DNA of 57,903 nucleotides from a virus, in IMG/VR virus record IMGVR_UViG_3300017724_000003, positions 1 to 57,903 of that record; one strand, given 5' to 3'. Shown here piece by piece: positions 16,570-26,200 of this stretch; position 1 is the first letter of the stretch; the number at the start of each line of letters is the position of its first letter. The notes below the pieces were generated by a model. That model was not told the DNA's origin, made no database searches, and worked only from the letters and a program-made list of their open reading frames with translations. A program made the position numbers and the translations under genes.

Positions 16570-16759
16570 TGGTGTTCCCCTCTATGTAATCATCAATACT
16601 AATAGTTGGCTGGCATTGCTTAATCCGCGCCAGCATGCGGCTTGAAATCATCCCTTGATTTATCCATCTGTAGGGCGTCGTCCTTGACACCCCTAACTGT
16701 TGCGCCAGAGCTGAGGCTCCGCCGCAATCAGCGACTAATCGTTCTATATCGAAAGACAT
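16523..16759 (-). CDS. Cro/YdaS-like HTH regulator
   Basis: GGASALAQQLGVSRTTPYRWINQG HTH. First gene of the leftward replication operon, at a divergent promoter region. Confidence 0.65.
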   Translation of the reverse strand: MSFDIERLVADCGGASALAQQLGVSRTTPYRWINQGMISSRMLARIKQCQPTISIDDYIEGNTNDQRRSPERSSGISG

Positions 16760-16763
16760 TATA

Positions 16764-16813
16764 TTGACACCCTTTGGTGATTATTAGTTGACACTGTAGT
16801 GCAAACATGACAC
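16764..16813. promoter_or_regulatory. Three same-orientation TGACAC repeats in the divergent intergenic region; candidate operators or -35 elements
   Basis: TTGACAC at 16764-16770 and 16788-16794, ATGACAC at 16807-16813. Confidence 0.4.
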
Positions 16814-16850
16814 CTTTAGGTCTCTTAATCAAGATTAAATTGAGGTTATT

Positions 16851-17339
16851 ATGAAATTACGGAAACCAAGCGCCAGTAGTGCGCCCAAAACTCCCTTCAC
16901 AAAACCTGTTACCGAATGGCACGCTGAGAAACGTGGCGGTGTCTGGTATGTGGAGAGCAAAGAGTTTCAGCAGTGGGTGAGTGAGGCTCACAAACTGGAA
17001 GAACAAATCGAGTCTCTTTCTGAGGCACGCAATGAAGCACTCCACCGCATTCGCGAAATGACTGTGAATGTAAAAGAGAATCCTGACGATGATGTCGACA
17101 TGAGCGGACATGGCTTCGACGTCAAAGTCAAACGACGTAATCAGTTCCGTTGGGACAGCGTCAAACTGGAGGAGATATTTGCTCAGTCAAGCAATCTCCC
17201 CACCCACGTTAAGAAAAATCTAAGCGTGGACCGTCGTACATTTGAGACGGGGTTGACCGCAAGCGAGCAAGACGAGCTTCGGCCAGCATTAAATGTAGTT
17301 AGCCAAAAGTCCGCAGTAACCATAACTAGGAGCCGATGA
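16851..17339 (+). CDS. Hypothetical coiled-coil protein, first gene of the recombination module
   Basis: 162-aa ORF, RBS GAGG. The position upstream of a Sak4-like ATPase is typical of Gp157/Gam-like accessory proteins, but I cannot verify that. Confidence 0.55.
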   Translation: MKLRKPSASSAPKTPFTKPVTEWHAEKRGGVWYVESKEFQQWVSEAHKLEEQIESLSEARNEALHRIREMTVNVKENPDDDVDMSGHGFDVKVKRRNQFRWDSVKLEEIFAQSSNLPTHVKKNLSVDRRTFETGLTASEQDELRPALNVVSQKSAVTITRSR

Positions 17340-18106
17340 TGGGATTATTTAATTCAACATCTAACGCCGGAATGAAGCACCACAAGACGCTTCTTTACGG
17401 ACACCACGGGTGGGGTAAGACCTACCAATGCCGCTACTATGCTGAAGAGTATGGTAAGGGGCTAATTATCTCTGGCGAGAGTGGTCTTGCCAGCCTGTCC
17501 GATGTGGACATTGATGTCGTTGACTTCGTTGGTTGGGACAGCAAGTACCACCCAAACCTCGAAGAGGGGCAATACTGCTTCAGAGACATTCTGCGACTGG
17601 TCAAGAGTGACGAGTTTAAGAAGGAAGAGTACAAGTGGATTTGCATCGACAGCCTGACTGAGATGTCTGACCGCTGTATGGCGGACGTCGAAAAAGAGTT
17701 CGACAGCCCTACCGACATGCGTAAGTGGCAGGACTATGAGCGTCAGATGATTGGTGCGCTCAAGTTCATTCGTGACTTACCTTACGAAGTCTACGTCACG
17801 TGCCTCGCCAAAGAGGAAAAGAATGACAATGACGCCATTGAGTATTGGCCGATGGTCACGCAAACCAAGGTGGCCAAGAAGTTGCCAGCCTTGTTTGACC
17901 ACGTCTTCTGTGGCCTACGTTCTACGGATGAAAGCAGTGGAGCTGTCACCGTATCTCGCCAAATCATTACCGACTCTGTGCGCGGATGGCATGGCAAAAC
18001 CCGCGACCCTCGTGGTCGCCTCAAAGCCGTAGAAAAAAGCGGCAATGTTGTTGAGCTTCTCAAGCGTATGAGTAGCGACGACAGTCAACTGAAAGCAGCG
18101 GAGTAA
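17336..18106 (+). CDS. Sak4-like (AAA_24) RecA-fold ATPase
   Basis: Walker A GHHGWGKT and Walker B WICIDSLTE. ATGA overlap with the upstream gene. Confidence 0.75.
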   Translation: MMGLFNSTSNAGMKHHKTLLYGHHGWGKTYQCRYYAEEYGKGLIISGESGLASLSDVDIDVVDFVGWDSKYHPNLEEGQYCFRDILRLVKSDEFKKEEYKWICIDSLTEMSDRCMADVEKEFDSPTDMRKWQDYERQMIGALKFIRDLPYEVYVTCLAKEEKNDNDAIEYWPMVTQTKVAKKLPALFDHVFCGLRSTDESSGAVTVSRQIITDSVRGWHGKTRDPRGRLKAVEKSGNVVELLKRMSSDDSQLKAAE

Positions 18107-18109
18107 AAT

Positions 18110-18649
18110 ATGTCTGATTGGAGTTTCGATAAAATTGACCTTGGTTCTGTGGATGAAGGTGGTGGACGCGCAACGCTCACCCCTGGAAATCACGCAGTGA
18201 AAGTATCTGAGGCAACTATCAAATCAACGAAGGCTGGCAACGGCAAATACATCGAGGTCAAACTCGCTAATGATGCAGGCCAGTATGTGATTGACCGCAT
18301 TAACGTGGTCAACAAAAACCCAAAGGCACAGGAGATTGGTCTGTCCCGTCTCAAGTCTTTGCTTATGCACGGTGGTCACGCCACTCCTGATAAGCCAGGT
18401 GACATTGCGTCTCTGGTTGGTCTTGAGTTGGGTGTTCGTGTTGAGCAAGGCGATAGCTGGCGGGACTCGGATGGCAACACCCGACCTGGTGGTGGTCAGC
18501 CGCGTAACAGTGGTGCGTATTTTGCGCTTGACGGTAACGTCGAGCTTGGAGAGTCGGACGCACCTCGCATGAGTTCTGGCAGCTCGGCATCGGCTCCCGA
18601 GGGTACAGCGTCTACAGGCGCGATGCCCAACGATGATATACCTTTTTAA
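18110..18649 (+). CDS. Phage ssDNA-binding protein analogue (DUF669-like) with an SSB-type acidic C-terminal tip
   Basis: C-terminus ...MPNDDIPF matches the bacterial SSB DDDIPF tip. A Gly/Ser-rich linker precedes it. Lies after the Sak4-like gene. Confidence 0.7.
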   Translation: MSDWSFDKIDLGSVDEGGGRATLTPGNHAVKVSEATIKSTKAGNGKYIEVKLANDAGQYVIDRINVVNKNPKAQEIGLSRLKSLLMHGGHATPDKPGDIASLVGLELGVRVEQGDSWRDSDGNTRPGGGQPRNSGAYFALDGNVELGESDAPRMSSGSSASAPEGTASTGAMPNDDIPF

Positions 18650-18727
18650 TTAACCCCCCTTATTAACTAGAAAGGTAGGGGGCGTCCTGACTGAGCTGTC
18701 ACTGAGAACAGGGCGTCCCCATTTTTT

Positions 18728-19534
18728 ATGGAAGATATTGTAGAAAAAATAGATGAGTCCGAAGTCGAGAAGAGCCAGAACAGGGCTTATCTTGGCGCGT
18801 CAATGATTGGCAATGAGTGCGAAGGTTACTTGCAGATGGGATTGCGCGGCTATCCTAAAAAGCCCTTCCCTCCAAATGTACTGCGCATATTCCAGCTTGG
18901 TCACATCATTGAGGACTTGGTTGTTGGTCACCTAAAGAAGGCTGGCTATCACGTCATGGAGAAGGATGACTTCACCGGACGCCAGTTTGAGTGGAAGGAT
19001 ATTGGCGGTCACATCAAGGCTCATGCTGATGGCATGATTGACCTTGGTCTTGGTCGCTTATCCCTACTAGAGATTAAGTCGATGAACGATAAGAAGCACA
19101 AAGAGTTCGTCAAGCGTGGCATCAAGGCCGCAAACAAAACCTACTATGAGCAAGTCCAGATGATGATGGGCATGAGCGGCACCCTTAAAGAGGCGCTGTT
19201 CATTGCTTACAACAAGAACAACAGCACTTACCACTGTGAGGTTGTTGAGTTCGATGACTTGGATTACGCGTTCATTGTAGACAAAGCCAACCGCGTTCTT
19301 GCTGGCAGCGCTGTTCGTCTACGCAGAGAGCGAGGGAAGTTCCCCTGCTCCTGGTGTGACCGAGAAGCCTTGTGCTGGACAGACGAGGCAGACGAAGAAA
19401 TACCTGCGATTTGCAGGACATGCGACCACGCTCGTGCTCACGAAGACGGTGGGTGGAAGTGCACCTTACATAAAAAAATATGCGGCGACCCTTGTGATGA
19501 CTGGGTCAGGCTGAAGATGGAGGAAGCATTGTGA
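18728..19534 (+). CDS. Cas4/RecB-like PD-(D/E)xK exonuclease with Fe-S-type Cys motif plus an extra C-terminal Cys cluster
   Basis: HADGMIDL...LLEIKS (D...ExK). One N-terminal Cys (GNECEG) plus CSWCDREALC (CX2CX5C). Additional CRTC...C...C...C. Confidence 0.75.
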   Translation: MEDIVEKIDESEVEKSQNRAYLGASMIGNECEGYLQMGLRGYPKKPFPPNVLRIFQLGHIIEDLVVGHLKKAGYHVMEKDDFTGRQFEWKDIGGHIKAHADGMIDLGLGRLSLLEIKSMNDKKHKEFVKRGIKAANKTYYEQVQMMMGMSGTLKEALFIAYNKNNSTYHCEVVEFDDLDYAFIVDKANRVLAGSAVRLRRERGKFPCSWCDREALCWTDEADEEIPAICRTCDHARAHEDGGWKCTLHKKICGDPCDDWVRLKMEEAL

Positions 19535-19809
19535 GTTACTTAGAGAGACTGCTTACTCTCGACAAAGTTATCGAGCAGTTAGGGCAGTCAAAGTGTGAAG
19601 AGATAAAGCTCAGTCATCAAGTGGTGAGTATGAGCGAGCGGATTGGCCAGATGGGGGAGAGTGATAAAAAACCTTCTGACTCTCTCATCAAGGTGATGGA
19701 CAAGCGGCGCTACACAAGAGAGCGACTGACTGAGGTTCGGGTAGAAATACAAGAGCTGGAGACAGAAAAAGAAAGACTAAAAACAACACTGGAGTTTGGC
19801 GATGAGTAG
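19531..19809 (+). CDS. Hypothetical coiled-coil protein
   Basis: 92-aa ORF, GTGA overlap with the upstream stop. Confidence 0.5.
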   Translation: MSYLERLLTLDKVIEQLGQSKCEEIKLSHQVVSMSERIGQMGESDKKPSDSLIKVMDKRRYTRERLTEVRVEIQELETEKERLKTTLEFGDE

Positions 19810-20059
19810 GATATTACAAGACGCGATTGATGTTATTGAAGAACGTGGTGAGAGCTACGGTCATCCTCGGGATAATCTAAAACGCATCGCCGAGATGTGG
19901 AGCACTTACTTAGGCATTGAGGTCGGCATGCACGACGTGGGTATGATGATGATATTGCTAAAGGTTGCTCGCACTGTTCCGACCCCTGCACATAGAGACA
20001 GCTTGGTTGATATTGTTGGTTATGTCGGCGCTATAGAGCAGGCACTAGACCTTGATTAA
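19802..20059 (+). CDS. Conserved phage protein of unknown function (start at ATG 19802)
   Basis: ERGESYGHPRDNLKRIAEMWSTYLG...ILLKVAR...HRDSLVDIVGYVG pattern recurs in many phage genomes. Confidence 0.6.
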   Translation: MSRILQDAIDVIEERGESYGHPRDNLKRIAEMWSTYLGIEVGMHDVGMMMILLKVARTVPTPAHRDSLVDIVGYVGAIEQALDLD

Positions 20060-20060
20060 G

Positions 20061-20222
20061 ATGTGGCATGTGACTGTCCGCGAGGCAGAAGAAGGCGCGA
20101 TGTTCTTAGACATGTCGGATGTCCTCGATGACATAGGCTGGGAGCATGGAGACGAACTTGTCTTCATCAAGAAGGAAGACGGCTCCATACTCATTCGGAA
20201 AAAGTTTAGTCCCAATCCTTAG
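20061..20222 (+). CDS. Small AbrB/SpoVT-like protein (53 aa); not in the ORF track
   Basis: ATG 1 nt after the upstream stop. ...LDDIGWEHGDELVFIKKEDGSILIRK resembles the looped-hinge-helix fold signature. Converges on and overlaps the giant gene by 17 nt. Confidence 0.4.
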   Translation: MWHVTVREAEEGAMFLDMSDVLDDIGWEHGDELVFIKKEDGSILIRKKFSPNP

Positions 20223-23200
20223 TCCAGTTAGTGTTCCAGCCTGATGACTTCTTGCCTGGTTTCGTTGGTTCTCCAGCCACCTTGTCTACGAGGTCTTCTC
20301 TGAGACTTCTGATGCCACCAGCTACAGGAATACGTTGAGCAACTGCTCTCATGGCATTTCTTTCTTTGCCTGTGCCGTTCTCATCTCCGCGCATTGCGGC
20401 ATCCCAACCACCAGATACAACGTCATATCCAGCCCACAAGGTTCCTACCCAAGGACCGCCTGCAACACCTGCTGTTCGCATGGCTCCGTAGGCACCGCCT
20501 TGGTCAACTTGTTCAGTAGTCTGATACATCATGTCTGCGAGGAGGCCCAAGCCACCGAGCATCACAAAGCCTTCCAGATACCAACCCAAGAATGCGTCTA
20601 CGTCTCCGTGTAAGCCAGGGTCGAAACCAAGACGTTCTGCCATTTCTTGTGCAGAGCGTTCTCGTAGATTGTCCCCGTCCTCACCACGTCTCTGCACCAC
20701 GTCTTTGACGGCCAGAGTTCCGGCACCCGCAGCAGGAGCCACCGAGGCCAGCATCAGGAGAGGACCAAAACGACGTCCACCACCTGTTACGGGGTCGACT
20801 TGTGTGGCCTGCTTGATGCTGTCGCCCACCATGCGCTGAAGCATAAGTGGGTATGACTTGAGCTGGAATATCATGGCACCGACGGGTGTCTGAGCCCACA
20901 ACGGAATGTCGTTGGGGTTAGGTGTGAAGATGCTTTCGTTAGCAAACTTGTTAATTGCAGAGCGAAGTTCAGGCATCTCGTTAAAGTCAGAGACGTTGTC
21001 GATGCGACGGTTTTGAGCCAGCATATCATCCAAGCCGTAACGACGGAGGATGCGGTACGCTTTCTTGAACGTCCGGTTCTGGGCGGTCAGTGGCGCTTGC
21101 GGGTTGAAGTTCGTAATCGCTCGGTTGAACTCAGACTTGAACCACTCAAAGCCAACTGCCCCAGCCATCTCACGCTGTGTATTTGTCCATGGTGTGAGCA
21201 TTGTGCCGTTAAAGAATGCGACAGTGTTCTTGGACGATACAGAGCCATAGAGACCCGTCATGCGCTCGTGAACAATGTTCTCAATCGCAACCCCAGAAGA
21301 CCTGATGAAGTCCCTGTAGTGTGGGTCTGCGGCGTATTTAGCCATACCCTGAGACCAAGACTTGAGGCTGCCAGTTCTGATGGCGGACAGTGCAGGGTCA
21401 CCTAATGACGTGAGGGTTGTGAAGCCCAACAATGTCACCGAGTTAAAGTTACGCATGTTCTTGGAGAAGGTATGAGCGCCAGAGAAGTTTACCGAAGAGG
21501 CATCAACTGGTTTGCGCATAATCGCGCGCATAACGCCGTTGGCACCTTTGACCACATCAGCGTGCGGACGGCTTCCAAGAGCCTGTCTATCCATGATTGC
21601 GCCAGTGATAGCATCCACGCGCTTCTCATAGACCCCTTTGTCTATTGCGTTTGTGCTTGTGTCGAGAGACATCAGATAATCTTTTACCGCAGCGCTTCCT
21701 TCTTGCGCACGGCTGATTGCTTCTTTTGCAGCCTCGACACCACCAGCACGGTCCTGGAACGGCATCGGTGTGATGCGCTCCAGACTGCCAATGTCTACGG
21801 TATCGTTAGTGTTGCTCTCGAATGAACGAAGCTCGCGCTTCGCTATTTTGTTCGTTGACAGCAGGTGGCCAATAGACTGGGTCATGTCACCCGAGTCCTC
21901 TATGACTAACATATAGTCATGGAAGCCGTGCGATTGTTGACCGAACTTCTGAGAGAAGTCGATGCGACGAACAGCACCGTCCACATACTTAGACATGATG
22001 GCCTCGAGGTCATCCTCTAAATAGTTTCCAACATCGTCGAGCTCTTCCACAAACTTATCTAGGCGAATGAGGCGCTGGTAATCAAGATGGTCACCAGTGA
22101 CGTCGCGACTGCCGCCAGTAGGCGGTGGTGTGTAGACACCATCGTCGTCGATGAGGTTGCCCATAACACGACGGGCTGTCTCTAGCGCCTGGTTATCATT
22201 CAAGGGGGCGTCTCTATCCATAGACTCACGCTTGAAATAGTTGGCCATGGACTTGAGGAAGGCGTCTTCGTTCTGACGTATCTTCTCGACATTCCAGACT
22301 TGTGGGAAGTAGTTGTTTACCGCCCCAATCATAACGCCCTGGTCCTTCATCTCTCCGTGTAGACGGTCAAAGATGCCCCGGATGTTTTTGTATGCAGCTC
22401 GTTCTGCTGCGTCCATGCTTTGCTCGTAGCGGTTGCCCGTTGGTCGGCGCAGTGCGTTCACAATTTTCCTGTGAGAACCAGGTTGTTTTGCGCGGAACTT
22501 CTCAGGCATGAACGTGTATTGAGTTTGCGAACGGAGCCATGAGTTTAGAGTTCCAGGGCTGTCCTTGAGGCTACGCAACTGCTTGAACAGTGGCACAAGT
22601 ATGCTGCCTGTCTTGCCGTTGACGCGCTCAAAGTGACCTGTGCCTGCCTCGCGCGATGGCGCAATCCAATCAGCAAACCAATTTAGTCCATCACGACGCA
22701 GACGCTCTGAGTTTTCAAGGAACCCTTTGTTCCAAAGTCGGCCCATTGCCCCAGCTTCGCGAGAGTCTGGCACCTTGCCTTTCGACATCTTAATCATGCC
22801 GCTAGTGGCAGACGGAGCCATGCCTGACTGGTCAAGCGCTACACCAAGAGACGTTGCGTGTTGTCCGTTTAGCTGAAGACCCTCAAACGCTGTAGACATA
22901 AACGCATTATTTACTGCACGAATGGCGGGCTTAGCGCCGAAGCCAATGTCACTGTCAATGCTCGTGTTGTCGAAGTAGGTGTCGTCTACCGGGCGGACGT
23001 TTTCGTTATGGAACACGACCAATGAACGCTTACCGTCCACAGTCTCAGTCACACTGTCGACGCCAATGTTGCCCAGTGTTGTGCGGATTTCACGTTCCGC
23101 TGTGGCGGGGTTCTTGGCGGATGGGTCTATTAGTCCCTTCAACCAAGCGTGAGCCTCAGTGCCTGTCATCTCTTGACTAAGACCCTCAGCGGCGAGCCGC

Positions 23201-26200
23201 AGTTTCTCTTGGGTAACGCCAGCATCACGAGCCATCAGGTCATTGACGATGGCATTGATTAAGCTGCTGTCTCTCATGTCGTATGACACGGCGTCGTCGA
23301 AGTGGGCGACGCTCTCTGCTTTGATATAGACAGGTTCCGCAGATTTTTGCCCAGGGAATAGACTGTCCAATTCCCTGTCTATTTCACTAATCTGGTACTC
23401 AGCTATCTCTGCTTCGGCGGAGAACACGTCAGCGTTCTCGCCCTGCTCAGCGCGGTCACGCATCTTTGCAGACAACTCTTGGAAGCGAGCCCTAGACTCG
23501 AGAAGCCCTTGCATGTCAGCAATAGCTTCCTCACTCTGGCCCTCCATGATTGACGCAATCTTTTCAGCAGTCAGCCCAGCTCGTTCGTCCACATCGGATG
23601 CGTCCATGAATACGCGTTTGGCACGACCAAACCCAGTCTTCTCTGGTTTAACCACACCACCTTTTGTGCGACCACCGAAGTATGGGACTGGTGTATCACC
23701 GCCCCCTACGCCGTTACCCACGAAGTTTAGGATTGCGTTCTTGCGACCCGGAGTCGCTGTGCTGAACGCCTCACCAGCAAACTCAGCGGCCATCGGTGTA
23801 GACATGCGTTCGCGTATGACAGTCGAGCGGCCAGGTAGGCTGGAGAACGATGCCTCCGGCGGCGAGAACATGTTGCCAAAGCGGTCAATCATTGGGTGAG
23901 CCAGCTTTAACTCGTTTGGCATTATACCGTTTGTCAAATAAGCGATGTTTTCTGACACATATTCAACCATCTCGATGGCGTCATTGCTCAGATTCAGCTT
24001 GTTAGAGCTTTTTCTCATGCTTGATTTAATGATGTTGATGGCTTGCTCGCGTGTTTCTACACCGAATACGTCCTGGACATCACCAACCTCAACCAATTCT
24101 GAGCCGATAACCAGGTCAATCAAGTCGTCTACCGCGCTTTCGTCCGACGCTTCAATCTTTACAGCGATTTTTCGGAGGTTATTGCGGGCGTTCTTGAAGG
24201 AGTCAGAAGCATAGTCACCCATAAACATCTCTGTATCGGTGGCTCGCGAATAGTCTCCGCCTATTGAGTTGAGTAATCCAATAGTCATCTCGCCTTCTTG
24301 CATCCCAGTCAGGATGTTAATGCGTGAGTACAATGTTCTCATGCCGTGGGCGACTACAGGGTTGCGCTGCGAAAGCTGGCTTTGTGCTTCGCGAAGTGCG
24401 AACGGGCCAGACGGTGTAACGCTGTCTTTGTCTACGCCTACGGTGTAAGTCACCTCAGTGCCTACTGCATCAGCTACGACTTGGTCGGTGACCCCAGTCT
24501 CTGTAATAGATGGGTCCTGAACTTCGGCGCGCTGCCTATGAAGCAACTCCATCCCAAGCTGACGACCGTAGTCGTTTTTGTTCTGGTCGAACGCACGCTG
24601 GATTTTGTCTGTAGACGCAACGCGAGGAGAGAACGTGTCCTCCATTTCGGTAGGAGCTGTTGTCGTAACATCTGGCTCTATAGCCTGCTGTTTGACTTGC
24701 GCCTCTGTCTTGGCTGGGCGCTTCTCAGCATTGCGGCGGCGCTTGGCGTTCCTGCCAATAGCCTTCATCTTCTCACGATACGGGTGTGGCTTCGGTCGAG
24801 GTGCCAAGGATAGGTCTGGCAGGATTTTAGATGCCTCGTCTGGCAGGTTGTTGAAGGTTTTACGGCCCTCTCCAATCATAATGTCCAGAATCTCGAATGC
24901 AGACATAGCCTGACCGTCTGTCTCTCCGTCAAGTATTCCATCAACTGCCTTGAGCACACTTTCTGCGCGGCGCTCAATACCAGAAAGGTAAGCGTCAGTT
25001 CTCATGAACTCATCGAACTCACCCGAGGCAACAACCTCTTCCGGCATATCAAGCGCGTCATAGATGCGCTTATACAGGGTGCGTGACAGCCCGTTTGTTT
25101 TCTTAGTTAAACCAAAGGATGTGTTATCCGAGCCTGCTCCAACCAAACCATACAGGCGGTTAGCCAGTTCTTGTGCTTGGTGCAGTATGCCTTCGGGGCT
25201 GTCTAGCTCTATTGCTTCGATTAGGTCATCTGCAATGAGCTGGAAGTCCACCATCCTGCGGACGAGTGCTTTACCGCCAGCAGACGAAGGCGCATCAACG
25301 CCTCCCTGAGCTGCGACTGCGCGCTCTGGCTCGGGCATAATTTTGGAGAACAAGGGAACCAGGTCTGCATCGACCTTGTTCGGGTTCATCATTTGGTCGA
25401 CGACATTACGAATGTAACGTGAGACCTCACCCCACCATTCAGGGCTGACGTACTGGCTCATTCTTTCGTAATAAGCAACGTCACGGAACTTGGGTGACAG
25501 ACGCTCTTGGTTAGCCCAAATCATAAACTGGTCTGCGAAAAATTCTTGGGGCGAACGCGTGTCCTTGCGCAAACGCATGGCTCCGGCCAGTTGTGCGTCA
25601 GGTACATTCATGTCGAGGATTGCGTCTTCGTCAGCTCTGCCCTCATTCATGTACTTCTGCATGCCATCCCAGAACGTGAGCCTGTCCTCATTGGAGAGGA
25701 CGTTATTGTATGCCCAGTGAGCAAGCTCGTGCACCATTGTGTGAACACGTGGCGTCATCGGGTTTACTTGTTCTGCGGCAACCTGGACGGTGTTTTGTTC
25801 AGGGCGGTACATACCGTTTGCGCCAGCAACATCAGGCTCACCAAATTTAGGTGACCCTTTGCCAGCACCAGACAGGACCTCAAGAAGGCGGCGGCCTTCT
25901 TTCTTTTCTGATGCGTTGAAGTTAATCGCGTGCACCTTAAATTGACGCTGACTCTCCTTGAGAGCCTCAGTCGGCAAGCGGATTTCTTCTGGAATGTACT
26001 TGGCTCGGAACTCATACATAGCGCGGACAAAGTCAACGACGTTGCCTTGCTTGTTTAAGTTGATACCACCACCATTTGCCTTGCCTATGTTAGGCCAGCC
26101 AACAGACATCTCCGCTGTTCGCAAGATGGTGTCTAGGCGCTGCTTGTTAATCTCAGCACCTTTGAGCCTACCCAACAATGCAAACGGGTTTTGACTTTGG

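Noticed and set aside
16523-16759. TATAAT overlapping the Cro-like start codon as a promoter for a leaderless transcript
   Set aside because: The hexamer overlaps the ATG itself, so the spacing is wrong for initiation at the A of the ATG.
18654-18727. A terminator after the SSB-like gene
   Set aside because: The CCCCC...GGGGG pairing has a 17-nt loop and no adjacent T-run. The GGGCGTCC copies nearby are direct, not inverted. The evidence is too weak to call.
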